Origin: Octopus sinensis | Taxonomy: Eukaryota | Length of the DNA stretch: 64,000 nt | Assembly: GCF_006345805.1 (NCBI RefSeq) | Contig: NC_043008.1 | Span: forward strand, 40,672,001 to 40,736,000 | Reading direction: 5' to 3' | Shown: piece after piece, positions 15,019 through 28,127 of the stretch | Layout: each line of letters starts with the position of its first letter | Numbering within the stretch: position 1 is the first letter of the stretch | Program-made: the position numbers and the translations under genes | The notes under the pieces: generated by a model | The model's database searches: none | Seen by the model: the letters and a program-made list of their open reading frames with translations, nothing else | What the model was told of the DNA's origin: nothing

Positions 15019-15705
15019 GCATCAGTATACAAGTGTACACAAAGGCACATACATAATGTAATTATATAGGCTAAGTATATTTCCTTATATAGAAACAACT
15101 GGGGTTTGTACACTATGTGTGGAGTAATACAGAATCATAAAATATAGCTACCAAGTAACAATAATATCACCAACTATATCCTTCAGAATTTCTAACATTG
15201 CAGAAGGTAGTTTAATTACTCCAGAACGCATGTGAGGCCCGTATATCAACCTCAATATTTGCTGTATGTATTGGAATTGATGTTATATGAAAACTGTCAG
15301 AGGAAACGCATAAGGAAATATATTGTAAATGCTTTTGCTATGCGTATTTTCAGTATTAGTGTATATAAGTTTCAAATATTTCAGTAATTTATTATTTGTG
15401 AATGCATCAACGCGGGAACAGACACAAAAAAAATGAATTTTCTTTTACTGAGGGAAATCCTACCTAACTTATTCAAATTTTCAGCGGCATATTAAATATT
15501 GAAGAGCTTCATCAAAATTTAATATATCACGAACGGAAACAGGGTGGGTTTTATTGAATAGGCGTATGCATTTCATAAACACTATTTTGGGACTTCGTTA
15601 TACTACTAGATTGTGCCGTTTACTTCCATTTCTCAATCACGTTAATATCTTCTGTCATTAACACAGTTTCCAAAGCTCAGCACAATTATGCACAACATAT
15701 TTATT

Positions 15706-15756
<51 letters not shown>

Positions 15757-15769
15757 AGTTATCCGTAAT

Positions 15770-16136
15770 AATGAAGGGTGAAATTAATTAATTTGGAGAA
15801 TTATCAATTACACCAAGTAGTCTCGGCATGTAAAAGCCTCATTCGAGGAAAATTTAAGTAATACTAAGCAATAAGGGTTTAGCAACGAATTGCCTTACCA
15901 CAGACGAATTTAGAAATAGCAGTCAAAGAGTTATAGCTATTTCTTCTACTAAAAGGAGATCTCAGTAAAAACAGCAATTGGAAGGCAGACACTTACTGTT
16001 TGTGTCTGCCTTCCAATTGCTGTTTTTACTGAGATCTCCCTTTTAGTAGAAGAAATAGCTATAACTCTTTGACTGCTATTTCTAAATTCGGTATGTGGTA
16101 AGGCAATTCGTTGCTAAACCCTTTATTGCTTAGTAT
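15770..16136. mobile_element. TA-flanked repeat with a near-perfect internal inverted duplication (arms 15861-15992 and 16002-16136); Penelope-like terminus suspected
   Basis: Arms are reverse complements with about 1 mismatch and 3 single-base indels; (TA)n on both sides. Confidence 0.7.
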
Positions 16137-17225
16137 ATATATTATAATATATATAATATTATATAATACTGTGTGTATAACATTTCTAGTTCTTAAATCT
16201 ATATATACATGAATGAATTTGTTTTGTGGTTTGAAAATGCATCTGAATCTCAAAAAGTCGTTTTTAAGTAGATTTATTTACATACATAGGAAAACTACTT
16301 TCGATATGTTTCGCTTATCAATAGTACAAATATTCGACAAACATCTTTAAACCATGAAATGCTCAAATCTTTCCTGAAATTGCAATCAGATTCACAGAGA
16401 TAGATAGTAATATCAATGTAAATGTTTGGTGGAGATCATAATAATTGTACCTTATTGAAAGTTCGATCGTACTGAGTTTTTATAAAATAAATTGAGAAGA
16501 AATAGAAGAAGGTGGGGTGGCAGAAAAAAAGTTTTTTTTTTCCTACAATTTTTATCATGGCGCCTGTAGTTCTGTTTTCAATTTTCGTCTCATTGCACCT
16601 TTCATATCCTGTTGGAATTGAAACTACTTTGGATTCAACCTTTTGTTTTAACGGAAAAGGATCTAATCTTTGTTGTGTCTGAGGAGACTCATAGTATCTT
16701 AATGCCTTATTTTCTTACACACAGTTTCGATTTCCACTCATTTAATATGTATACTTTTCCCCAAAAATTTTCTTTGCTTTTGCATCCTTGCCAATGGACG
16801 TTGTCTGTCCGTTATTGGAGATGCGTTCATTATTTTATGTTTGTGTGCATGTGTGAGCGACATTGTGCATGTGCGTTTGTGTTTGCACTTATGTATATAT
16901 GCATATATTTATGTATATGAGCATACATAGATGTATGCATATGTGTATGCACGTATGCATGTATTTTGGATGAGTTTGCAAATTTGTGCTTGTGTTCATG
17001 TGTTTGTGTGTGTACCTCTGTCTCCTCGTGTGTGCGTTTTTGAGCGTACGTATTTATACGGATTTCTTTGACTATGTACGTACGTTTCTTATGGATGTGT
17101 GTCTCCGTATGTGTCTTTGTATGTATTCTTGTGTGTGTAGTGCATGTGTGTATATGGTTCCGTCTCTTTTTGAGCGTCTGTTTGTGTGTGCGTCTGCTTG
17201 CTTGTCCTTATTACCTATGTACCTA

Positions 17226-17265
<40 letters not shown>

Positions 17266-17619
17266 ATTCTTTCGGAATGGTAGATCAGTTCCGGAAAAGT
17301 TTATAGTCAGATGAATATGATACTTAAGTTGAGGCACTAGAATTTAGTACGGTAGTATCCATACAATTTTAAAGTGAGGTGACTAAAATCAAAATAAGCC
17401 ACAAGGATATCCAGAGGTAATACCGTACGATCGTTTCATACAACTCCATTTAATTGAACAAGGCAATCATTACATCAATTCAAAATGTAGAACAATCTTC
17501 AGCTGCACAAAGATATAGAATTTATTTAATTTAGAACAGATGGAAACATTAGTATAATTATACCTAAAATCTCTAAGAAATTAAGGAGATAGACAAAGAA
17601 CATGTTGTCTCTATTTCCA

Positions 17620-17682
<63 letters not shown>

Positions 17683-17714
17683 TGTGTACATAGATATATA
17701 TTCTTTTATTTAAT

Positions 17715-17860
17715 TCTTTTGCTTGTTTCAATCATTTGACTGCATCCATGTTGGAGCATCATGTTTAAGCCTAGTACTTATTCGATAACTAAGTTACGGG
17801 GACGTAAACACACCAACATCGGGTGTCAAGCGATGGTTGGGGTGACAAACACTGACACTC
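17715..17860 (-). mobile_element. SINE family A, 3' part, internally deleted
   Basis: cttgtttcaatcatttgactgc...cctagtacttattc...taagttacggggacgtaaacacaccaacatc matches the 7.7 kb copy. Confidence 0.8.
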
Positions 17861-17915
17861 AAATACTTACATACATGCATACATAAATATATATATTATA
17901 TATTATATGTTTTAA

Positions 17916-17965
<50 letters not shown>

Positions 17966-18928
17966 GCGCTGGGTAAGTGTTGCAACGTAACTGTTTCTAT
18001 GATATCTTAGAATCGTATAGTTTAAGGAAACGTTTAAATAAATGACTGAAGAAAAACGAAATGAATAAAAAAAAGAAGTATATAAGTTCGCTGTTCAATT
18101 TTCCAACAGTGTAGATGCTAGTCCATATGTCTGTAGGTACCTCTATAAACTTCACAGTGTAAATATACAGAACGAAACTCGATAATATTGTTGGTTCTTA
18201 AGAGAAATGAGAGCAGAAGTGGCTATTGAGGTATAAAGAGAAAAATAAATAAATAGAAAGATATTGGAAAGAAGCTGGAGGTTCAGAGAGAGGAGAAGGA
18301 ATGCAAGGATTGGTATGAAGGATAAAATATATCTGCTATAAATGAGCATCCCATATTTGGGGATATCACAGAAACAGGTGTAAGACTTAAAATTGTTCTA
18401 AAAATAATAAGGTATGTGACTTGAGATGTTTGACTTGTCATAGCGTCTGTTGTTCTCTTATATATATATATATATACATATGCCTACATAACAAATGTAC
18501 TTGTGTATACTTATTCTGTGAGTATTGATAGGTCATAATTTTGATGACTTATTCTTTACTCGTGGATGTTAACGTGAAAATATTTTTGTATTGGCAAAGT
18601 ATAGTGTTTTGATTGGTTGACTCCCTGATTGTCAGTATGTTTCGTGACGTCACTTTATTTTAATCAAAAATATTTGCCGCTTGGTTGGCATCCTCGTAAG
18701 GGGCTCGGTAAGTTGGTTTTCTCTGATAGTCATCTAGCTTTCTATTTGCATGTTTCCCTTCACAAGTCCCTCTACTTTTTCCTGACGGTCCGATTCGGAT
18801 CAGAGGAAAAGATTCATTGATTTCCTCTGAGGTGATAGCAGCAACTGGTGTTTGAGGTGCATGGTGTTTGCATGCATCCATGCATCCATACATACACATA
18901 CATACACATATACCTACATGTATATATA

Positions 18929-18975
<47 letters not shown>

Positions 18976-18982
18976 TATATGT

Positions 18983-19068
<86 letters not shown>

Positions 19069-19689
19069 GATATATACATATGTATACATATATGTATGTA
19101 TATTCTAGTCATTACAAATAACATCTCTTGTGTAGGTCTCGCGTCACTTGCTTCTAGGTTATCAAGGTTTTAACATATTTTGTAGCTTGATAGATTCCAA
19201 TCCGAATACTTTTTGTTGATGAGAAACGGACGTATCTAATGATGTAAAATATGATATCACATATCACACTCTGATTATGTGATAGCAGCGCTTTATTATA
19301 CAGACAATATTATAATAAACGAAATTTTGCTGACATTTTTATCACGGCTAATTTATGTAAAAACATCTAGACAGTTTGGTATTAATTCTATTTCACGTAT
19401 CTAATTTGCCAAAAATAATTATACACTAAAATTATGTACACTAATAAACTGAAACTAAGTTAACCAACATCGACAATATTTAATTGAAAATGCTATAAAG
19501 GCAATTATTATGCCACAAATTCGCAGACACCGAAGACTGAAACGGTCATTTTCTGGGACATAAGAGCCACGAAGATGTTTATGGAATTTTAGAATTTACT
19601 CCAAGTTATATTTACAAAAGTTTAAAATTCCTTACAACATCTTTGCTAACTACAGTGAAATAAAGAGCTAGCATACTACGATTATGTTG

Positions 19690-20030
19690 AAGGTCATGAC
19701 ACAGTAAAGATTAAAGAATAAGTAATAATAGTCAAAGCAGTTAACCTAAATTTTACAAGTATGAAAAACAAAAACATATTGAATTTCTTTGACGTAAAAC
19801 TAGATTCAGCAGAAATAAATATTACATGAGTAAAAAAGCTAACGAGAAAATAGTCAGCAGTATTCAGGCATCTAACCCATCAATTGTAATTCATATTTTA
19901 AAAAATATCCACGAAATAGGAACAGGATAACAATCTTTTCATCAGAACAAGAAATAGTTTAAACATACAGTGAAAATATAACATAGCATCTATATGGAGT
20001 GGATGTAGAGATAATTTTAACTATAAGTTA
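19690..20030 (+). pseudogene. Degenerate Penelope-like (PLE) reverse transcriptase fragment
   Basis: Broken frames read GHDTVKIKE*VIIVKAVNLNFTSMKNKNILNFFDVKL...KKANEK...ASNP...RITIFSSEQEI...YNIASIWSG, collinear with the PLE RT thumb pattern (vNFLDVtL...KPND...SNHP...RIS.lSS.eeiF...YN.AL..SG). Confidence 0.55.
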
Positions 20031-20609
20031 TCATAAAATGTAGAAACAGCCATCTGATACAACACAAAATATAGTACGAATTTATCTGGAAATAGATCGG
20101 CATCTCTTTCAATGCTGAATGTGCATTTTCGATAGCAAAACGTGCATTAAATTGTGCTACGGTAGTCGATTGTCGCAGCCATTTCGCAGACCATAACTGA
20201 TTTGGAATACACAGTGACAACCACTTGAAAGCATGTATAGGATCGTATGTATTTTGTTCACACTTAATTTAAAATGCTGACGAAAAACTCTTTTGAATAG
20301 AGATACTGCGAAAACAGCAGATACTATCTAAATTACTTATATATGTGGATCATAAACCTGTATAGTAAATAAATTATGTCACAATATATGTTGGTGTATG
20401 AGTGTGAATTCAACTATGTGAATGTGTATATCTATAAAACAAAAGCTCAGTGAGCGGGCGTAAAATCACGTTAAGTACTGCCCGAAGATAGAGCTGCCGG
20501 TTACGCTATTAGACAAATAATCGATGAAATCATATCAAGCTTAAGTGGCAAGTGTAGTGAATTTCTCTCAAATGGCGCTCAAACACAACAACTCCAATGA
20601 TTGAAAATA

Positions 20610-20968
20610 TTGTCCCTACCTGAAACTTTTGGTCTTCTTCCGGTGTTTTGTTTCGACAAGGACGTTTTTTCCTCTTTATCAAAGTCTATTATTACTTTCG
20701 AGACAGTACTTCGTCATACACCAAACATTTCGGTTGTTTTCATTACGCTAGTGCCTGCCATACGAGCACCAACAATTTGACCTCCCCGAAAATCCGATAG
20801 ATCTCTCATTTTAATAAATTTTAATTACGTTTTTCTGATGCTGTCTGAAAAGAAGCAGCAATTTTATCAAAAAAATATTAAGGAATACTAATAATAAATT
20901 TAAAAAGAAACATCAAAATAAACAAGCTTATGATGCCAGGCGTTTCCATTATTTTTGTCCAACCCCTG
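20610..20968 (-). mobile_element. Tc1-like DNA transposon, 5' fragment (left TIR plus transposase N-terminal HTH)
   Basis: TIR caggggttggacaaaaataatggaaac (rc of 20942-20968) next to TA; ATG at 20809 reads MRDLSDFRGGQIVGARMAGTSVMKTTEMFGV*RSTVSKVIIDFDKEEKTSLSKQNTGRRPKVSGRD. Confidence 0.85.
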
Positions 20969-20980
20969 TATATATATCTA

Positions 20981-21057
<77 letters not shown>

Positions 21058-21084
21058 GTCTATCTATCTCTCTCTCTATCTATT

Positions 21085-21159
<75 letters not shown>

Positions 21160-21160
21160 G

Positions 21161-21224
<64 letters not shown>

Positions 21225-21225
21225 C

Positions 21226-21270
<45 letters not shown>
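20969..21270. repeat. (TATC)n microsatellite, about 300 bp
   Basis: tatc run starting at the Tc1 TA target site; SIYL ORFs. Confidence 0.95.
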
Positions 21271-21309
21271 CATTTGATTTAATTTCTAAGTAACTGACTT
21301 CTAGTATAT

Positions 21310-21945
21310 AGTTTTAACCAATAGCTCGGGCTACTTTTTTTGAGCCAGGCTGCAGTTCATTTATTTTCGTTCAGCGCCTGCCGGTGTGTTAGAAATGCCT
21401 CGTGTCAAAAAATATCATTCACGTCGAACGTTCTCTCGACATCGTTCACACTGGCCTGACTCGCGCTCAGAAGTTATGTGTCTTATGCGATATCTGTGAT
21501 GAACCTGTGTGACGAAATCTGTGATGAAACCGAGTGACGCTGATTAACAACGACAGCGATGTAACACTGGAATTCACGATAAAACCTTGCGCGAATTTTG
21601 GGCGAACAAATCAAGAAATGAAGTGGGGCGTCTTGTGAGTAACTTTGAAGTGATTATTCCCTTGGGATTAACTTGCAGAAAAAATTGTGCTGAATTATAT
21701 GCTTGATTTTATTATGCTATATCATGGGTATTATAATGTTCACGTGTTTGTGTGGTGATGAGGGAGTTCATGAGGTCATGCGTTCTATATGTGGAGTTTG
21801 TATGATGTATATATTTAATGTTTGCGTTTAGGGGGAAAAATAACTTCGTAGGATCGACAGAGTGCGTGTAGTTAATCTTTGAAACGTCGGAGTGTAAAAT
21901 AATGCTTGTGCAGGCGGTGCGAGAAGGTTCCACCCTCACTGTTTA
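21310..21945. mobile_element. CpG-enriched probable non-autonomous DNA transposon remnant (family uncertain)
   Basis: Abrupt rise in GC/CpG; weak subterminal inverted similarity (ctgca...attatttt at both ends); no clean TIR or TSD. Confidence 0.3.
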
Positions 21946-22734
21946 AGATGTTATATTTTGGTTGGATAATGTTTATCTTCGCAGTAATGCAAAGCTCACG
22001 TCTGGTACCCAGTCTCCTCTATTTTCTTTTGTTCCTCGGGCTTTTGAATGACATTTGATCGTTTTTGGTGTATGTACTTGTGTGAGTGTGTGTGCGTCTG
22101 TGTATGTATACATATGCACAGAGACATGTATGATTACATTTGCATGATGTGACATATCAATCGCTTTATATTGTAAAACATATATTGAAGGAGATTGTAG
22201 ATTTAATAGCAAAGTACGAAGACAAATAGTATATTGAAAAGAATATAACTTATAAAACAATATTAATGATATTATGATGCCGTAAAAAATCTTCCCACAG
22301 CAACATTAATGCCAATCTCTAACAGGTACCAAACCAAGGTATTTTTTCATTTGCTTCTTCATAAAACCTGACAAATCTCTAGCAACTTCAATATTTTCCT
22401 TTATTTCAGATATTTAAAAAAAATCACACATTCTAAATGTCATTGGGAAAATTATAAGAAAGTTCAATATTCAACTTGTAAAATATTTTGAAACATTATT
22501 TAATCTTCGATTTAAATTACTTACAGAATTTCAGTTTCATAGAAAGCGATCAAAATAAGAAACGTAGGAATATTACAAAAAAAAACATTATTTCGAAAAC
22601 CGTAAGGTTATATGTTCAATTTCACACACCCTATCTACTTTCGCTCTTCAACCAATATTGTCTGATGTCAAAGAAAATGTCATTGCTGCGTACGACGTGC
22701 CATTACTTAGAATCTGTTTATAAGAGAGAACACA

Positions 22735-22860
22735 AAGACCGGAGATCTGGGGGAAGGATTCTAATCGACTTCACCGATGTCAGTGCTCGTCTGGTACTTA
22801 TTTCAATGACCTCAAAATGATGAAATGCAATGTCATCGTTGACGGAATTTGCTCTCATTA
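22735..22860 (-). mobile_element. Degenerate SINE family B (B2 tail) fragment
   Basis: ctaatcgacttcaccgatgtcagtgctcgtctggtacttatttcaatgacctcaaaatgatgaaatgcaatgtc...ggaatttg. Confidence 0.6.
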
Positions 22861-23083
22861 TTAATATATATTTGTAAATAATGATAAAATCTGAAATAAT
22901 GAAATAATGATGAAAATTGCTACAGATGATATAATTATGAGCATCAAAAATTGGGTGAGATGGCAAAAACAAAGGTGAAGGAGATGATATTAATAATATC
23001 AATAATCCCCTCTACAATTTTGATTTTATGTTTAATGTGAAAGGAAGACTTGAGCCTTCACTATTGAGGGGCCCACAAACTTC

Positions 23084-23529
23084 TCTTTTATTCTTTCACT
23101 TGTTTCAGTCATTTGACTGCGGCCATGCTAGAACACCTTCTTTAGTCGAACAAAATTGTGTGTGTGTATGTGTGTGTGCGTGTGCCTGTGTGTGTATATA
23201 TATATATATAAATACTACGATAAATGTGATCAAATTAATGCTTGTTTTTATAAGCGTTGAAATAGGTATTGCGAGATACAAATAAGATGATAATTATTAC
23301 CAAATGCATAAATACTGATAGAACAGTAGAGATTGTATAGGATACATACGAAGCCGACTTTTGTTTTTAGCAAACAACCAAGAGATTGGGACCCACATAT
23401 TTTTGATTACAGGTAATTTTATTTGTAACTCGCAATACACATTCAAACGCCTATAAAAACAAGCATTAATTTGTTCACATTTATCGTAGTATTTATATAT
23501 ATATATATACAAACACAGGCACACGCACG

Positions 23530-23570
<41 letters not shown>

Positions 23571-23673
23571 CACACACACACACACACAAAGACGGTTTTC
23601 TTCTCTGTGAACCAAATCTGCTCACAGGCTTTGGTCGGCCAGAAGCTATGGTATGAGACATTTGCCCGAGGTG
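23084..23673 (-). mobile_element. SINE family A split by an inverted duplication, truncated by the gap
   Basis: 3' part at 23084-23157 and body at 23588-23673 (ccaaatctgctcacaggctttggtcggcc...catttgcccgaggtg) match the 7.7 kb copy. Confidence 0.7.
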
Positions 23674-23773
23674 NNNNNNNNNNNNNNNNNNNNNNNNNNN
23701 NNNNNNNNNNNNNNNNNNNNNNNNNNNNNNNNNNNNNNNNNNNNNNNNNNNNNNNNNNNNNNNNNNNNNNNNN
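23674..23773. other. Assembly gap (100 N)
   Basis: Run of exactly 100 n. Confidence 0.99.
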
Positions 23774-24535
23774 TAGTTAGAGGTTGGGAAGCCAACCAAC
23801 AAAGGGATAGTACCTATCCAATATACTGCTGGTAGTATCCCAATTGTCAATAACCAAGTGCTGATTATTGCGTGGCAAATTCTCAATCTAGTGTCATATA
23901 TGGGCAAGGATAGAAAGTGGGTTACCATTCATTTATAGGGCAAAAAGAAAATGGAGGGGATACAAACATGATATACATCAGCCGGTGGACATTCTATTAT
24001 GTTTATTTATTCCAAAACAAAAGGGAGTATTATAAGAATACATATATATGCAAAGACTGTGTGCTACACAAATATATACTTGTAATACATAAAAGAGTAA
24101 GAGATTAAATGTTCAATTCCTAACGGCTAGATAGATCTCTCAAGATACCACGATATCCTCAATGCTAGATTCACATTTCAGTGTTCTGAAGCGAGCATTC
24201 CGCTTGTTAATTCTCTTAAGGAGAGAACTGCATCCCGCCTGCATAAAATTAAGCATACTTTTTCTAAATAGTATTCGTACTTAATATTTAACCTACAATG
24301 GCACTAGCGCCCCTCATTTTTCATATCATATCAGCAATATTCGTAATATTATTAGTAGTGTTAGTATTATTATTATATTGTATGTACATCTATACGTATG
24401 TGTATGTATGCATGGTTGTAGATATGTATATATATGTGTGTGTGTGTATGCATATGTGTATATGCATATACATATACAAGCATGTGTGAGTATGTTTATG
24501 TGTATATATATGTGCATACATATATATGTGTTTGC

Positions 24536-24566
<31 letters not shown>

Positions 24567-24575
24567 CATACATAC

Positions 24576-24633
<58 letters not shown>

Positions 24634-25277
24634 AACATATATATAGATATATACCAGATAACACAGATAAAAAACCGTGGTCACTTTGGGCAAGTAGGAG
24701 AGCAAAATAACATTCAAACTAGATTAAATTAAATTAAATTAAATTTAGACAAGGAAATAAATAAATAGATGAGCATGTGAGTGAGTATGATAACTGAAGC
24801 AATATGCGCAAGAGGATATGACCTTAAGGGACAGCATGAGAAAAATAAATTACTGCAAATATATAACATAAAAAAAATTAAATAGTAAAATACTTTTTTT
24901 TTTCGTGCTATTTGTTAACTATCAAAGAACCGGAACCGCGTCATATCATTCAAATAAATAGATGAACCAGTAGGTTGCAGGACTGATCATAACCATTGCA
25001 CACAAGGAATCAGGGATTTGTTGATCGGAAAAATAACGAACACGAACACCGTACTATGGTCACCACCTGGTGCCATACTCTCTTTAGTACCAACTGACAT
25101 CCTACATCTAAACGTCCACCTCTGAAACCCGGGCCATACTTTCAAAACAATCTTTCAAACCCACCACTATAAATACAAACATAACGTGTATGTATATGCA
25201 AACAAAATAACAATCACTGCCTAATTTTACCTTTCATAAAAAACTCATGCTTAAAACGAATATTCCTACCTATCGTC

Positions 25278-25420
25278 ACAGAGTGGTTCGGCAAAAGAGA
25301 CCGATAGAATAAGTACTGGGCTTACAAAGAATAAGTCCCGGGGTCGATTTGTTCGACTAAAGGCGGTGCTCCAGCATGGCCGTAGTCAAATGACTGAAAC
25401 AAGTAAAAGAGTAAAAGAGT
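25278..25420 (+). mobile_element. SINE family A, 3' end
   Basis: gttcggcaaaagagaccgatagaataagtactggg...ggggtcgatttgttcgactaaaggcggtgctccagcatggccg...gactgaaacaagtaaaagagtaaaagag with short tandem tail. Confidence 0.85.
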
Positions 25421-25917
25421 ATCCGCTACTGGACAAAATCTTGAAGTCTATTATTTCTCTTTACTCTACCTAATCCATTTTACTAAATTTTACTCCTCTC
25501 ACACTCCTATTCTGGCTCCTATTCTTCTTATGTCCTCTTCAATAAGAAAAAATATACTGTACCAATTAGTAACTCACTCTAGTATGTATCGGCTCTCCTA
25601 AACTTTTAGACCCTTTGATAAAACATAGAAGCACACTCAACATCGAAACTCTATCTACCCATCCCTTCAGAACACAGGAAAGATGGAGCTAGCATGGAGG
25701 ATATCGTGGCCTCTTGGTAGAAACAGCCGTAAGGAAATGATCTTTTAATATTTTACCCTTTTGTTTGTATTAATAGTGTATATTTGTGTAGCATACAGTT
25801 TTTCATGTGTATGTATTCTTATAATACTGCCTTATGTTTTGGAATAAATAGACATAATAGTATGTGTAGGGGCTGATATATATTATTTTTGTATCCCTCC
25901 ATTTTCTTTTTGCTTAG

Positions 25918-25954
<37 letters not shown>

Positions 25955-26114
25955 AGTGGGTAAATGTTAATGCACCGAAAAAAATTGCATTTACTCTATA
26001 TAAAATCTCGCAAATTTCAAATGCATATCCATTTTGCTTTTCATATATAACTAATTTAGTTTACAACGGATTGGAATGCATGATTTTTTTTCCTCGGCAA
26101 CATTATACTTTATT

Positions 26115-26327
26115 ATTTGTTGTTATTATTGCTGTTGTTGTTGCTATTATTTTTTTTTATTATTGTTGTTGTTATTGTTGTTGTTATTCCTCTTCTCATC
26201 ATCATCATCATCATCACCGTCATCATTATCATAATTATTATCATTCTTATTATTTTTATTACTTTTAATATTACTATTATTAATATTTTACTACTACTAC
26301 TACTAATAATAATAATAATAATATAAC

Positions 26328-26358
<31 letters not shown>

Positions 26359-26460
26359 TAATAATAATAATAATAATAATATAATAATAATAATAACAAT
26401 AATAATAATAATAATAATAATAAAATGATAATACTATTATTATAGCGATCGTCATCATCA
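26115..26460. repeat. Compound (TTG)/(TTA)/(CAT)/(AAT)n triplet repeat
   Basis: Direct reading. Confidence 0.9.
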
Positions 26461-27406
26461 AATATTTTTTTGTCAAATATAACATTGCGGTCTGAATATA
26501 ATAGATGCGATTTGTTCTTTTTATACTTTCCACAACGCAGAGTTTACCAAGTGGAGAGTGTTCTGATGTCTTTGGCAAAGTGCATGGAATGACAGTTTAT
26601 AAAATTTCTGAATAAACTAATTGTTATAGCTGTGATTTATAATATCCATTCAGGCGTTCATTTATGTTTACTGAAAGAAAATATAAATCAATGATGTATT
26701 ATATTATGATTTGTGTTTTTCTGAACATTTCTTTCAAATTGCTTTTTCTCATTTTTTCTTTCGTAAATAGCTTTCATTATTTGTTTTCAGGTTCTTTATT
26801 CCTTTATTGTCCTAACTTTCATTTCCTTTCAAGTACAGGCAATTTTTTCACACACGAAAGTTATATTTTTGTTTCTATTTCTCTCTCAAAATTGGTATCT
26901 TTCCTTCCCACCTCAATCTATATTTTTTGCACTTTTAAGTGCAGATTAAAACCTGTATATAGGATAAAAATATCCAGACATTATATTCATGCACGTGAAT
27001 CAGAGATTAATTTGAAAAATATATTCATGTATATTTATTACTAAAATGATATGAATCTGTCTCTCTCCCTCGCTTTACCTATCTTCCTTTTGCAGTGAAC
27101 TATGAGTATTTGTGTGTTGTGTATGTGTGTTTATATATATTGATAGAAAAATATAGATAGATAGGTAGGTAAATATAGATATATCTATTTACATATACGT
27201 ATCTTATGCATTTACATGTGTATCTACACACACGCACACACCCACACACACACACACACACATATATATATGTGTGTGTGTGTGTGTTTGTGTCTAAATA
27301 TATATATATATATATATATGAATTTATATATATATATATATATATATATGTAGCTATATATATATATATACATGTTTATACCTATATATATTTTTATACA
27401 TGTATC

Positions 27407-27450
<44 letters not shown>

Positions 27451-27550
27451 TTATGTATGTATATACATGCATCGTTTCAATGGGTTTTCAATCTGTTGTC
27501 GCATTCGTGGAACTGTCGGGCCTCGTGTGGTGGATGTTTCACAAAACATA

Positions 27551-28015
27551 GTTGGGGGTTAACGCATGACTAAAAGTATAAGGTAAAGAATCTGAAACTG
27601 CAGGTGTCAGCTAATTCTTTATTAAATTAAGTGGTTTCACTTCTGTAAAAATATTTTTCAAAATTAAACTATGAGGCTGTGTGTATCTTCTGTGGTGTCA
27701 AAAATTAGTTTGCATAAATATAATCAAACGAAGTGATACAGTCTTTGATAAGGATAAGAGTTTACTATCTTCTGACTCATGAGAGAGCATGCAGAAAGTA
27801 TCGAATTTTCTCTTATCCTTGTCAAAGACACTATCACTAAGTTTGAATACATTTATGTAAACTAAATTTTGACACCACAGAAGATAGGCCATGCCTCATA
27901 CTTTAATTTTGAGAATCTTTTTAAATAAGTGAAAGCGGTAAAGTTAATAACACTCTTAAAAGACTCCTGCAATTTCTATTCTTTATACCTTTAGTCGTAA
28001 GATAACCCCCCCAAC
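27551..28015. mobile_element. Fold-back / MITE-like element with long imperfect inverted arms
   Basis: Left arm (gttgggggtta...tatcttctgtggtgtcaaaa...tctttgataaggataagag) is the diverged reverse complement of the right arm (ctcttatccttgtcaaaga...ttttgacaccacagaagata...taacccccccaac); spacer about 50 nt. Confidence 0.8.
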
Positions 28016-28073
28016 TTTACTTTGTTTTATATATATATTATATATATATATATATATGTGCGTGTGCATTATG

Positions 28074-28127
<54 letters not shown>

